Assembly (NCBI GenBank): GCA_965219685.1
Contig: CBDCOH010000002.1
Location: forward strand, 3,680,001-3,744,000
Direction of reading: 5' to 3'
Length of the DNA stretch: 64,000 nt
DNA from: Candidatus Spongiisociaceae bacterium
GTDB taxonomy: Bacteria > Actinomycetota > Acidimicrobiia > Spongiisociales > Spongiisociaceae
A model generated the notes under the pieces. It saw nothing but the letters and a program-made list of their open reading frames with translations, did not search any database and was not told where the DNA came from. Shown in pieces: positions 18,247-28,145 of this stretch (positions are counted from its first letter, which is position 1; every line of letters begins with the position of its first letter). A program made the position numbers and the translations under genes.

Positions 18247-19356
18247 ATGACCCGAACCGGCCGGCCACGCCCGGGCATGGCCGAGGCCGACTTGGACACG
18301 CCTGCCTTGGTGGTCGATCTCGATGCCATGGAGCGCAACCTCGATCGGATGGCAGTCGCGGCTCGTGCGGCAGGTGTGGCCCTGCGCCCCCACGTCAAGA
18401 CCCACAAGAGCGTCACCATCGCCCGGATGCAGTTGCAGCGGGGTGCGGTGGGTATCTGCGTCCAGACAGTCTCGGAGGCGGAGGCCATGGTCTCGGGCGG
18501 TATCCGGGATGTCTTCGTCGCCAACGAGGTGGTTGGCGCCGGGAAGCTCCGGCGCCTCGCCAGCCTTGCGCGCGAGGCCACGATCACCGCCTGCGTCGAC
18601 GATCCGGGCAACGTCGACGATCTGGGAAGGGCGGTCCGTCGGGCGGGGTCGTCCGTCGGGGTGATGGTCGAGATGAACACTGCCGATTACCGGGCCGGGG
18701 TGCCGCCAGGCGAACCGCTTCTCCGTCTGGCCGAGCGGGTGGACGCTGCACCGTCTCTCCGTTTCATGGGGATACAGGCCTACAACGGGGTCGCCCAGCA
18801 CATCAGGGATCACTCCGCCCGGCTGGCCGCTACAGAGCACAACACCGCCCTGGTGCAGGAGTCGGTCGACCTGCTGGCCCGGCACGGCATCCCTTGCGAG
18901 GTGGTCAGCGGTGGAGGCACCGGTACCTACAACCTCGAGGCCGCCTCAGAGGTGTACAACGAGATCCAGCCGGGCACCTATGTCTTCATGGACGCCGACT
19001 ACCTGGCCAACCGGGACCGGATAGGAGGCCCGTTCCGGGACTTCGAGGTGAGCCTCTACGTGCTGGCGAGCGTAATGAGCCGCCGGCCCGGGATAGCGAT
19101 CGTCGACGCCGGGCTCAAGGCCATCTCCCTGGGCAACGGTCTACCAATCGTCCAGGGCGGCGGGGCCCATTACAGGAGGTTCGCCGACGAGCATGGGGTG
19201 CTGGCTCCGTCCGACGCCAGGCTTCCGGAGCTAGGAGATCAGGTCTACCTGATACCGGTCAACTGCGACCCGACCGTCAATCTCTACGACCACCTCGCCG
19301 GTGTACGCAACAGTGTGGTCGAGACGGTCATCAGCGTCGACGCTCGTGGCTACTGA
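18247..19356 (+). CDS. DSD1/D-threonine aldolase-like fold-type III PLP enzyme
   Basis: LDTPALVVD, LRPHVKTHK, SGGGTGT, EIQPGTYVFMD, DAGLKA, DEHG and CDPTVNLYD. Confidence 0.9.
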   Translation: MTRTGRPRPGMAEADLDTPALVVDLDAMERNLDRMAVAARAAGVALRPHVKTHKSVTIARMQLQRGAVGICVQTVSEAEAMVSGGIRDVFVANEVVGAGKLRRLASLAREATITACVDDPGNVDDLGRAVRRAGSSVGVMVEMNTADYRAGVPPGEPLLRLAERVDAAPSLRFMGIQAYNGVAQHIRDHSARLAATEHNTALVQESVDLLARHGIPCEVVSGGGTGTYNLEAASEVYNEIQPGTYVFMDADYLANRDRIGGPFRDFEVSLYVLASVMSRRPGIAIVDAGLKAISLGNGLPIVQGGGAHYRRFADEHGVLAPSDARLPELGDQVYLIPVNCDPTVNLYDHLAGVRNSVVETVISVDARGY

Positions 19357-19462
19357 GACGATCCACAACTCTTTGACCAGCGTCCCCGGGAGGAGGGCTG
19401 CGTAGTGTGCAGGCCCAGGCAGCGATGCCGTCGCTGAAGCGTGGTCGACCTTTCGCTTGCGA

Positions 19463-19669
19463 CTAAAGATCGTCTTCGCGAATGTTCGCCAACTTCATGA
19501 GGTGTCTCTGCAGTCCGCGCTTGAGGCTCGTATTTCGATGCACCGGCACCGAGACACGGATGTTCGTTCCTGGTTTGGTGTAGATGTGGTGACTTCCCTT
19601 TGTGCGCGCCAACTGCCAGCCACGAAGCTCGAGTAGCCGGCAGAGTCGCTTTCCGCTGATTGCCTTCAT
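19463..19669 (-). CDS. hicA: HicA toxin (dsRBD-fold mRNase)
   Basis: GW...RTKGSHHIY...SVPVH; ATGA overlap with hicB. Confidence 0.88.
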   Translation of the reverse strand: MKAISGKRLCRLLELRGWQLARTKGSHHIYTKPGTNIRVSVPVHRNTSLKRGLQRHLMKLANIREDDL

Positions 19670-19869
19670 ACGGCGATTTCGACAACCCGCCCTTTGTCTG
19701 AACCACGAGCCCCGCCGACATCGACAGATAGGCAACCCTCAACCGCTTCGTAGAGGTTGATCAACAACTCTTCGAAGGACTCCCCCTGCGTAGCACAACC
19801 AGGGATCGCCGGTACCTCCGCCCAGTAGCCACCCTCTTCTGCTTCATGAACGACGACCGCCAGCTTCAT
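19666..19869 (-). CDS. hicB: HicB antitoxin (short, no DNA-binding domain)
   Basis: EEGGYWAEVPAIPGCATQGESFEEL; gene order is hicB-hicA. Confidence 0.88.
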   Translation of the reverse strand: MKLAVVVHEAEEGGYWAEVPAIPGCATQGESFEELLINLYEAVEGCLSVDVGGARGSDKGRVVEIAV

Positions 19870-20085
19870 CTTTTGATCTCCTGTCTGATAGGTCGCCCAC
19901 CCGCCATGCCTGCCGGACCGACTCCGAAGGGTTCCCGGTGATGACCTAGGGCTCAACTCTATCAATGACCGGCGGGTAATCAGCAGGCGTACCGGTCGGC
20001 GCTAGTCGTGGTCGTCGTCAGGTTGCCCGTGACCGCTTGGACCCCTCCCGGAGGGGAGTTCGTGCTCCGGCGCCTCCTAAAACTG

Positions 20086-20116
20086 GTGTGGCTCCCGGAC
20101 GGACCGGGAGCCACAC
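20086..20116 (-). terminator. Probable intrinsic terminator after the SBP gene
   Basis: 13-bp perfect stem GTGTGGCTCCCGG/CCGGGAGCCACAC followed on the minus strand by CAGTTTT. Confidence 0.7.
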
Positions 20117-20142
20117 TTGGCTATTCGAAATGTTGGGGGGTT

Positions 20143-21507
20143 CTAGCCCTGTGGTTCGTCGCCGTCGGGACCGACGCCGGTGCCGAGCGGGGCGTTGATC
20201 CAGTCCACCAGGTCTTGGCGTTCGAGGAGGCGGTTGAACCAGACTTCCTCGACTTCGTAGTCCTGCCACTCCACGCCTTCGGCGATGTAGCCCTCTTCGC
20301 GTCCCGCTTCGAAACGCTCGGCGACCACGTTGCCGAAATAGGTGATCTCACCCGGCGTGAACATGTAGTCCTTGGCGTCTTCCAGCAGCGGGAAGTAGTT
20401 GAGCTCGGTCATGATGCGGGAGGTCACGATGCCGCCGAGGCTGGTGCCACCGGTCTGGTCCTTGGCCTCCTCGCCGACGAACTCACCCACGATGTCGGGA
20501 TACTCGTCGAGGTAGCGGGAGGCCCGGTACCAGATCGCCAGCGAGCGCAGCACGGTCTCGGGGTTCTCCTCGAGCCAGTCGGCCCGCACGCCCTCGGTCG
20601 AGTACAGGATCGCCGAAGCCCCGAACAGTTCGAGGGGCGCCGCCACTACGTACTCCCCGGCCAGTTCTTCGGAATAGAGCATCCGCGCCTGGGCGGAAAG
20701 GTTGCCCGTGTAGTAGTCCGCCTCACCGCTCAAGTAGCCGAAGTTCATGGCTTCCATGCTCGGGTAGTACCTGAATTCGACGTCCTGCTGGCCCTCGGGG
20801 TCGAAGGTCAGGCCGATGTTCTCCAATAGGGCTCGCTCGAAGGTCGTCGGGAAACCCTCCGTCTTCACGAACTGCTTGCCCCGCATGGACTCGGCGAGTT
20901 CGGCCTTGGCGGCCTCCTCGTCGCCCAACCTATCGAGTGCCTCCTCGTACACCACCGTCTGGCCGGCTCTACCGATCAGCACGAATCCCTGGTACTGGTT
21001 GGTGATCAGGTAATTGCGGTACTCGGGGAACTCCTCGATGATGGTCCCGTAGCAGATCTGGCACGAGAAGAGCATGTCGATCTCGTCGGTCTGCAACTGC
21101 GTGTAGGGGATGCTCACGAACGGGATGATCTCCAGGTCGAGGCCGATCCGCGTGTCCATCCCGATTTCTGCCGCGTACGACCACAGGCGGTCATCGTATG
21201 AGGGGGTTGCGCCGATCCGGATGACCCCGCCCTTAGGCTCGTCGGGTGGAACGGTCAGGTCGATACCCATGTCCTCTTCCATGGGTTCTTCCATCTCCTC
21301 TTCCATCTCTTCTTCCATGGTCTCTTCCATGGCCTCTTCCATGGGTTCTTCTTCCATGGGTTCCTCTTCGACCATGGCAGCCGTCGTGGCAGTTGTCTGC
21401 GGGGCCTGAGTGGTCGCGGGGGCCTCCTCCTCGGCGTCGCCGCAGGCGACCGCCAACATCGCCAGAATGGCTAGTAGGAGTGTTCCTTTCCACCAGCGAT
21501 TGCGCAT
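20143..21507 (-). CDS. ABC transporter substrate-binding lipoprotein (NitT/TauT/SsuA-like)
   Basis: Lipobox LAVAC, Thr/Glu/Met-rich linker; paralog of 42742-43932. Confidence 0.75.
   Translation of the reverse strand: MRNRWWKGTLLLAILAMLAVACGDAEEEAPATTQAPQTTATTAAMVEEEPMEEEPMEEAMEETMEEEMEEEMEEPMEEDMGIDLTVPPDEPKGGVIRIGATPSYDDRLWSYAAEIGMDTRIGLDLEIIPFVSIPYTQLQTDEIDMLFSCQICYGTIIEEFPEYRNYLITNQYQGFVLIGRAGQTVVYEEALDRLGDEEAAKAELAESMRGKQFVKTEGFPTTFERALLENIGLTFDPEGQQDVEFRYYPSMEAMNFGYLSGEADYYTGNLSAQARMLYSEELAGEYVVAAPLELFGASAILYSTEGVRADWLEENPETVLRSLAIWYRASRYLDEYPDIVGEFVGEEAKDQTGGTSLGGIVTSRIMTELNYFPLLEDAKDYMFTPGEITYFGNVVAERFEAGREEGYIAEGVEWQDYEVEEVWFNRLLERQDLVDWINAPLGTGVGPDGDEPQG
21268..21376 (-). repeat. 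Low-complexity coding repeat (MEEE/PMEE units)
   Basis: Repeated tcttccat/ctcttccatgg units encoding MVEEEPMEEEPMEEAMEETMEEEMEEEMEEPMEEDM. Confidence 0.85.
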
Positions 21508-21683
21508 ATTCCCTCCCTTAGTCTCGGCGGCCCGCGCGCGCTTCTGGCCCGTCGGTCTCCGCCCGCTTGCGCTTATGATGCTTATCGAGGTTCGGCGTGT
21601 CAACAGTTATGCCGGACGTCTCATTGCGGAGTGCCTCCGTTCGGGAGGCTCGCCTCGACTACTAGAAGGTGTGGGAGATGACC

Positions 21684-23426
21684 ATGAGACAGAGGATCAT
21701 GCTCGATGTGCGGGTGCCGATGAGGGACGGGACCCTGCTGTCCGCAGATGTCTACCTGCCGTCAGACGGGGACTGTTTTCCCGTCCTGCTCACCCGGACC
21801 ATCTACAGCAAGGAGAGCTATCCCGAGACCGACGGGGCGCGGCCGAACGGTTACGTGGGCTGGGGGGAACGGTTCATGGAAGGCGGCTATGCGGTTGTGA
21901 TCCAGGACTGCCGGGGCCGCTACGACTCGGACGGGGTCTGGGAGGTCTACGTCCAGGACGAGGACGGTCACGACACCGTGGAATGGCTCGTCCGCCAGCC
22001 CTGGTGCGACGGCAACGTCGGCATGTTCGGTATCTCCTACCTGGGCTTCACCCAGATGCACCCCGCTCCGTTGGCCTCGGAGGGACTCAAGGCCATCCTG
22101 CCGATCGGGGCGACGCCGGACGGTTACGACATGTTCTGGCAGCAGGGCGCATTCCTGATGCAGCAGGCCAGCCACTTCCTCCAGATCGGCCGCCGCACCA
22201 GCCACGCGCAGGGGATGGCCATGCTGGCCGGCCTTCCAGGGGGGACGATGGGGGTGGGTGGCGGCAAGGCCGGTGAGCCCCCCGGCGACCTCTCGTACCT
22301 CTACGAGCGGATGCCTCTCTACTCGGCTTTCGACGAGTACGACGACGTGAAGATATGGAAGGAACTGCTCGACCACAACACGTACGACGCCTACTGGAAG
22401 AAGCGGATCGTGAACGGCCGCTACGACACGATCGAGGCACCCGCCTTCTTCCTGACCGGATGGTGGGACTGCACGGTCCGTCACATGTTCGAGGCGTTCG
22501 AGAACTGGACGCGGCACGCGCAGCCGGAGGCGCGCGCTAAGACCAAGATCATGTGCGGCCCCTGGACCCACACCCGCATCGGGGTGGCCGACTGGGGCCA
22601 GGATGTCCAGTTCGGCCCTGATGCCGAACTGGACATCTTCGCCCTGCATCGCCACTGGTACGACCAGCGCCTCAAGGGGATACCCACCGGTGTCGACGAC
22701 GAGGCCCCACTGCAACTCTTCGTGTGCGGCGACAACGTGTGGCGAGGGGAGTACGAGTGGCCGCTGGCGCGTACCGAATACCGGGAGTTGTTCCTGCACG
22801 GGCAGGGTTCGGCGAATACGCGGCATGGCGATGGCGGCCTCATCTGGGATCCGCCGGCCGGCGAGCAGCCGCCGGACACCTACGTCTACGAACCTTCCGA
22901 TCCGGTTCCGACGGTGGGTGGCCAGGTGGCGTACGTGGACCAGAGCGGACCGCGGGACCGGTCCGCGGTCGAGGAGCGGTCCGATGTGCTCGTCTATACC
23001 GGCGAACTCCTGAGTGCCGATCTCGAATGCACGGGACGGGTGACGGCGGTCCTGTTCGCGGCCTCCTCGGCGCCGGACACCGACTTCACCGCCACGTTGG
23101 TGGACGTGCTGCCCGACGGGAGGGCCATCAATGTCACCGAAGGGATCGTCAGGGCGAGGTGCCGAGGTGGTCGCCAGTCGCCCTCTCTGATCGAGCCCGG
23201 ACAGGTCTACGAGTACCGGATCGACCTGTGGGAGATCTCCTGGGTGTTCAAGGCCAGCCACCGGATCCGCCTAGAGGTGTCGAGCAGCAACTTCCCCCGG
23301 TTCGACCGCAACACCAACCTAGGAGGCGACATCGGCCACGAATCCGGGTTCCGGTCAGCCGACCAGACCCTCTTCCACGATGCAGAACACCGAAGCCGGC
23401 TCGTCCTCCCGGTGATCCCGCGGTAG
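21684..23426 (+). CDS. CocE/NonD-family serine hydrolase
   Basis: VPMRDGTLLSADVY, QDCRGRYDS, GISYLG, TGWWD, CGPWTH and SSSNFPRFDRN; start uncertain (21669-21684). Confidence 0.92.
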   Translation: MRQRIMLDVRVPMRDGTLLSADVYLPSDGDCFPVLLTRTIYSKESYPETDGARPNGYVGWGERFMEGGYAVVIQDCRGRYDSDGVWEVYVQDEDGHDTVEWLVRQPWCDGNVGMFGISYLGFTQMHPAPLASEGLKAILPIGATPDGYDMFWQQGAFLMQQASHFLQIGRRTSHAQGMAMLAGLPGGTMGVGGGKAGEPPGDLSYLYERMPLYSAFDEYDDVKIWKELLDHNTYDAYWKKRIVNGRYDTIEAPAFFLTGWWDCTVRHMFEAFENWTRHAQPEARAKTKIMCGPWTHTRIGVADWGQDVQFGPDAELDIFALHRHWYDQRLKGIPTGVDDEAPLQLFVCGDNVWRGEYEWPLARTEYRELFLHGQGSANTRHGDGGLIWDPPAGEQPPDTYVYEPSDPVPTVGGQVAYVDQSGPRDRSAVEERSDVLVYTGELLSADLECTGRVTAVLFAASSAPDTDFTATLVDVLPDGRAINVTEGIVRARCRGGRQSPSLIEPGQVYEYRIDLWEISWVFKASHRIRLEVSSSNFPRFDRNTNLGGDIGHESGFRSADQTLFHDAEHRSRLVLPVIPR

Positions 23427-23432
23427 GTGATG

Positions 23433-23502
23433 GTGAGTGGTGAGTGGTGAGTGGTGAGTGGTGAGTGGTGAGTGGTGAGTGGTGAGTGGTGAATGGTGAA
23501 TG
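23433..23502 (+). repeat. Heptamer tandem array (GTGAGTG) x8 plus (GTGAATG) x2
   Basis: Read directly; starts 6 nt after the CocE stop. Confidence 0.95.
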
Positions 23503-23587
23503 GTGGTCTGAGTCAACCTTTAAGGGTACTAGGCGGTACACGACTCACGGGCAACGGGGAACGGGCAACTACCGACTAGCAACCAAA

Positions 23588-26218
23588 TCAGAGGGCGCCG
23601 AAGCGGCGGACCACCCAGCGGCTTGCCAGGACTGTGGCGAAGAAGCCCACCACCAGGCCGGCCAGGAGGAGGATCCACGGGCCGGAGCCGAGTGGCACCG
23701 TACCGAATGCGGTGTTGCCGAACGAGGTGTAGATGATGCCTATCTGGAGGAGGAGGCTCACCGTCACCGAGATCCACAGCCACTTGTTGGTGAAGGGCGG
23801 CATCCGCTCCTGAACCCGGATTACGACCAGGCGCAGGTACTCGTGAATGACGAAGCCGGTGAAGGTTACGGTGCGAGCCGTCTCCAGATCCCAGAGGTCA
23901 AGGGCGACGAAGAAGGTGGCCAGGAGGATGATGGAGACGACCACCCCCACCGAGCCCACCAGGGCCGTCATGGACCGTCCCAACACGGCTCCGTGGCTGG
24001 GAGGTCGCCGCATCGTGTCCTTGGGCGCAGGGTCCACCGCCAAGGCGACCGCCGGCCCCGAATCGGTGACCAGGTTGATCCACAGTATCTGCACGGCGGT
24101 GATGGGGAGGTGGCCGAACACGGTTGCCACCAGGATGACAAGCACCTCCGCGAAGTTGCCGGTCAGGAGGTAGTTCACGAACTTCTTGATGTTGCCGAAG
24201 ATGCGGCGTCCCTCCTCCACCGCCGAGACGATCGTTGCGAAGTTGTCGTCGAGTAGGACCATGTCGGAGGTGTCCCGGGCAACGTCGGTGCCCTTGATGC
24301 CCATGGCGATCCCCACGTCGGCGTTGTGGAGGGCGGGAGCGTCGTTCACCCCGTCGCCGGTCATGATCACCACGTCGTGATCTTCCTTGAGGGCTCTCAG
24401 GATCTTCACTTTGTGGCGTGGTTCGGCCCTGGCGAAGATGTCGGTGCGCTGGATCACCTCTCCGAGTTGGTCTCCCTCCATCTCTTCCAGTGACTTGGCC
24501 TCCACCGTCTCTCCCTTGAGCCCCACTTCCCGCCCGATGGCGGAGGCGGTCAGGCTGTGGTCCCCGGTGATCATCACGACCCGGATGCCGGCTCGACGGG
24601 CGTCTGCAATCGCCTCGGCAGCTTCGGGTCGGGGCGGGTCGCTCATTGCCGCCAGACCGGCGAAGGTGAGGCCCTCCTCGGCGGGCTCGGCGAGGGCTTC
24701 CTGAGGCTTGTAGGCGAGCGCCAAGACCCGAAGGGCCTGACCGGCCAGTGCCCGGTTCTTTTCCACGAGGGCGGATCGCTGTTCTGGCGTCATGGACACC
24801 ACACCCTCGGGCGTGGAGACACGGCCGCAGAGTGGTAGGACGACCTCGGGTGCGCCCTTCGTGAGCATCAAACCGGTCCCGTCGCCCGGATCGTGAACGA
24901 CGACCGACATCATCTTCCGCTCGGAAGCGAAAGGGATCTCGGCGGTCCGGTCGTAGCGTTCAAGCGAGACGCCGGCGCCCTCCGCGAACTCCAGCAGGGC
25001 GGTCTCGGTGGGGTCGCCCATATAGCCGTGGTCCGGATGGCGGTGGGCGTTGTTGCACAGACCCGCCGAGAGCACCGCCATCGAAAGCGGCCCGTCCGTG
25101 ATCCCGGCGGTCAGGTGGTCGGTGTCGATGTCCCCGGCGACGGTGGAGACCCGGCGCACCGTCATCCGCCCTTCGGTGATCGTTCCGGTCTTGTCGCTGC
25201 ATATCACTTGCGCCGCGCCCACGATCTCGACCACGGGCAGGGAGCGCACCAGGGCCTTTCGCTCCAGTATCCGGCGGGTACCGAAGGCCAGCGCCAGAGT
25301 GAGCACCACCGGCAGCCCCTCGGGTACCGCAGCCACCGCCAGCGCCACGGCGGTGATGAAGGTCTCCAGCAGGGACAACTCGCCGACCAGGAGCTGCAGC
25401 CCCGCCACGATGGCGATGAGGATGGCCACGGCCCACCCGATCCGCACAGCCAGCTTGCCCACCTCGCGCTGGAAGACGGTGGACTCGTCGTCTGTGGTCT
25501 GTACCTCCTCCGCGATCTTCCCGACCTCCGTGCCCATCCCGGTGTCCGTCACCATCAGTTTCCCCCGCCCCCGCATCACCACGGTGCTGCTGTAGGCCAT
25601 CGAGGAGCGCTCCGCCAAGATGGCTTCCTCGGCCGAGGGTGCGCTGGTCTTGGCCACCGGCAGGCTCTCACCCGTGAGGGCCGACTCATCCACACGGAGA
25701 TGGGCGCTCTCCAGCAGCCGCCCGTCGGCGGGAACACGGTCGCCCTCCTCCAACAGCACCACGTCGCCGGGGACGACCAGTTTGGCGTCGATCTCTTCCC
25801 GGAGGCCCCCTCTCAGGACCTCGGCGGACAGAGCAGCCAGCTGGTTCAGAGACTCGATTCCCCGGTTGGCCCGGAAGTTCTGAGTGAACCCCAGACCGCT
25901 GTTCAGCACCACGATCAGACCGATGAGCACGGCGTCGACCAGTTGGTCCGAGTCGTCACCCAGGACCGAGACAGCCACCAGCACCAGCGCGGCGGCGAGC
26001 AGCACGATCACCAGCGGGCTCCGGAATTCGTCGAGCAACAACTTGAGAGGAGAAACCGGGGCAGCGCTTACCAGTTGGTTGGGGCCGTGGCTGGAGAGTC
26101 GATCCGCGGCATCCTCCTGCGACAGCCCGCTCGGTGACGAACCGAGCTCCGCTAAAGCCTCATCCACCGAGAGGTTATGCCAGGACGGCCGGGCAGAGTA
26201 TTCACCACCGGACACCAT
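23588..26218 (-). CDS. Cation-transporting P-type ATPase (P2, Ca2+-ATPase-like)
   Basis: TGES, PEGL, CSDKTGT, KGAPE, MITGD, GDGVND and WINLVTD. Confidence 0.95.
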   Translation of the reverse strand: MVSGGEYSARPSWHNLSVDEALAELGSSPSGLSQEDAADRLSSHGPNQLVSAAPVSPLKLLLDEFRSPLVIVLLAAALVLVAVSVLGDDSDQLVDAVLIGLIVVLNSGLGFTQNFRANRGIESLNQLAALSAEVLRGGLREEIDAKLVVPGDVVLLEEGDRVPADGRLLESAHLRVDESALTGESLPVAKTSAPSAEEAILAERSSMAYSSTVVMRGRGKLMVTDTGMGTEVGKIAEEVQTTDDESTVFQREVGKLAVRIGWAVAILIAIVAGLQLLVGELSLLETFITAVALAVAAVPEGLPVVLTLALAFGTRRILERKALVRSLPVVEIVGAAQVICSDKTGTITEGRMTVRRVSTVAGDIDTDHLTAGITDGPLSMAVLSAGLCNNAHRHPDHGYMGDPTETALLEFAEGAGVSLERYDRTAEIPFASERKMMSVVVHDPGDGTGLMLTKGAPEVVLPLCGRVSTPEGVVSMTPEQRSALVEKNRALAGQALRVLALAYKPQEALAEPAEEGLTFAGLAAMSDPPRPEAAEAIADARRAGIRVVMITGDHSLTASAIGREVGLKGETVEAKSLEEMEGDQLGEVIQRTDIFARAEPRHKVKILRALKEDHDVVIMTGDGVNDAPALHNADVGIAMGIKGTDVARDTSDMVLLDDNFATIVSAVEEGRRIFGNIKKFVNYLLTGNFAEVLVILVATVFGHLPITAVQILWINLVTDSGPAVALAVDPAPKDTMRRPPSHGAVLGRSMTALVGSVGVVVSIILLATFFVALDLWDLETARTVTFTGFVIHEYLRLVVIRVQERMPPFTNKWLWISVTVSLLLQIGIIYTSFGNTAFGTVPLGSGPWILLLAGLVVGFFATVLASRWVVRRFGAL

Positions 26219-26500
26219 CTATGGATCATACAGGCGTCCGTATTAGCGGTCCGTAAGCCACGGTCTTAACAAACGGCTAACGGTCACCGGCCGGGCGCAA
26301 GCCCCCACGCCGACACTCGTTGGGCGCCTGGGAATGGCCGACCGCCCGTGCCTTGGACGCCGACTTTCGCGTATTGTTATCCCGGCGTTGTAGAACGTTG
26401 TCTATGGAAGGTGATAGTCTAGAGGGACTGGAGTGCCCGTCGCTGTTGGATCACCGACCGAAGCGACGGCAAGCTGACTGGAAGGTGTGGCAACCAAGGT

Positions 26501-27232
26501 ATGGCTACAACGATCAACACGATAGAGGACCTCATGAGGGTCCTGGATAGCCATCCCGAATGGTTGGAAGCCATGCGCTCCCGCCTGCTGACCCGCGAGC
26601 TCCTGGCCCTGCCCCAGATCCTTGCCGACTTCATCGAGACCACCAACCGCCGGTTTGAGGAGGTGGATCGGCGGTTTGAGGAGGTGGATCGGCGGTTTGA
26701 CGGGGTGGATCGGCGGTTTGAGGAGGTGGATCGGCGGTTTGACGGGGTAGATCGCCGGCTTGATGGGATGGATCGTCGTCTCCAGCGGTTGGAGGACCGG
26801 ACCGGGATGCTCGTGGGGGCTCACGCGAGGAACGAGGCACTGAAGGAAGTCGTGCTCCTGTCCAGGGATATGGGTATGGCCAAGATGCGGCGACTCTGGA
26901 GCTTCGAGGACGTGGATGCCCTCGTCCACGCCGGCGACACGACGGGCATACCTGCCAACGACCTCAGGAGCTTCCGCAGGGCGGATGCCATTGTGGAGGT
27001 CGCCGACGATGAGGGCAGGACTTGCTACATAGCCGCGGAGGTATCCTTCACCGTCAACGGACGTGACACGAGCCGTGCTATCAGAAACGCCGAGTACATG
27101 ACCAGGCTCACGGGTGACCGCGCCTACCCCGCCGTCATGGGCGTTCATATCGACGAGCAGGTCCTCGACACCGTCGAGTCCGGCGAGGTCTACTGGTACC
27201 GCTTGGATCCCCAGGTCCTGGAGGTTGACTGA
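26501..27232 (+). CDS. Hypothetical protein: heptad-repeat coiled coil plus PD-(D/E)XK-like C-domain
   Basis: (DRRFEEV/DRRFDGV)n followed by ADAIV...AAEVSFTV...DTSRAIRNA. Confidence 0.7.
   Translation: MATTINTIEDLMRVLDSHPEWLEAMRSRLLTRELLALPQILADFIETTNRRFEEVDRRFEEVDRRFDGVDRRFEEVDRRFDGVDRRLDGMDRRLQRLEDRTGMLVGAHARNEALKEVVLLSRDMGMAKMRRLWSFEDVDALVHAGDTTGIPANDLRSFRRADAIVEVADDEGRTCYIAAEVSFTVNGRDTSRAIRNAEYMTRLTGDRAYPAVMGVHIDEQVLDTVESGEVYWYRLDPQVLEVD
26651..26776 (+). repeat. 21-nt coding tandem repeat x6
   Basis: cggtttgaggaggtggatcgg and close variants, read directly. Confidence 0.92.
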
Positions 27233-27315
27233 GAAGGCGCAGCCGGACCCGCGGATGACAGCAGTTACGGGTTGAAGGGCACTGTTGGATGGGGGCCGTG
27301 GTACAGCGACCGCAC

Positions 27316-27837
27316 TCAGCCCTCGGTCACCTCGAAGGTGGCGACAGCCTGGATCTCGAAGGGTTCGGTTTCCCCTATGTAGCAGAGGATGCCGTAGGTG
27401 TTGTCGAACAGGGTTCTGTTGGCGCCCATCAACTGGTTAGCCGGAGCGCGAATCTTGCGGGTCTGGTCCACCCAGTCGGGGGAGTCCTGGTTGGCCGCCG
27501 CATCGCCGCTCTCGACGTAGGCGACCAGATCCTCGAGTTTCTTGTCCTCGGGAAAGCGGAGAATGTCGATACGCGCCCGGATGTCACTCCGGTTGTCCAG
27601 CGTCATCCGCACCGGGCCGGGATCGACCGTCTCGGGTCCGATATAAGTGCACGTCTCCCCGTCGTACACCACGGTTGGCAACTCGGCGCGATCCGCAAAC
27701 TGCCCGAAGGTCGAAACGGTCGTCTCCGACTCCGCAGCGTCGCCACCACCGTCGCCACCGCCGTCTTCGTTTCCGCCGCACGCGGCCAAGAGAAGAACTG
27801 CCGTTGCAAAGAAAACCGGCAACGTCCGAAACCGCAT
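27316..27837 (-). CDS. Hypothetical lipoprotein
   Basis: MRFRTLPVFFATAVLLLAAC lipobox, Gly/Asp linker and a small beta-rich domain. Confidence 0.65.
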   Translation of the reverse strand: MRFRTLPVFFATAVLLLAACGGNEDGGGDGGGDAAESETTVSTFGQFADRAELPTVVYDGETCTYIGPETVDPGPVRMTLDNRSDIRARIDILRFPEDKKLEDLVAYVESGDAAANQDSPDWVDQTRKIRAPANQLMGANRTLFDNTYGILCYIGETEPFEIQAVATFEVTEG

Positions 27838-28119
27838 GCTGACCCTCCCTGACGGCCTGAGCTCATTGTAAGCCGCAAGCACGTTCCATCGTCGGTCTGC
27901 CGGTTTCCGGCGTCGGGTTCCTCCGATACCGTCTCACAGCCAACCGGTAGGTGCAGCAGCATTGCGGAGAACCACCTGCTTGCAAACAGGTTGGACCCGC
28001 GGCCTGCTGATACCGGCGGGGGTTGCCGACGAGTTTCTGGATAGAGCACTGGCGTAACCGGTTCTGGGCCGGACCATGCACGGTCGGGACAGATCGGGCT
28101 AACAGAACATCCATACTCT

Positions 28120-28135
28120 GGATAATGTATTATCC
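28120..28135. promoter_or_regulatory. Palindrome (possible operator) upstream of the AAA-DUF4143 gene
   Basis: GGATAAT-GT-ATTATCC, 10 nt before ATG 28146. Confidence 0.4.
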
Positions 28136-28145
28136 TTTTCTGTTG

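Noticed and set aside
4973-26776. Tandem repeats as possible CRISPR arrays
   Set aside because: Units are 7, 21 or 30 nt with no unique spacers, and no cas genes are present.
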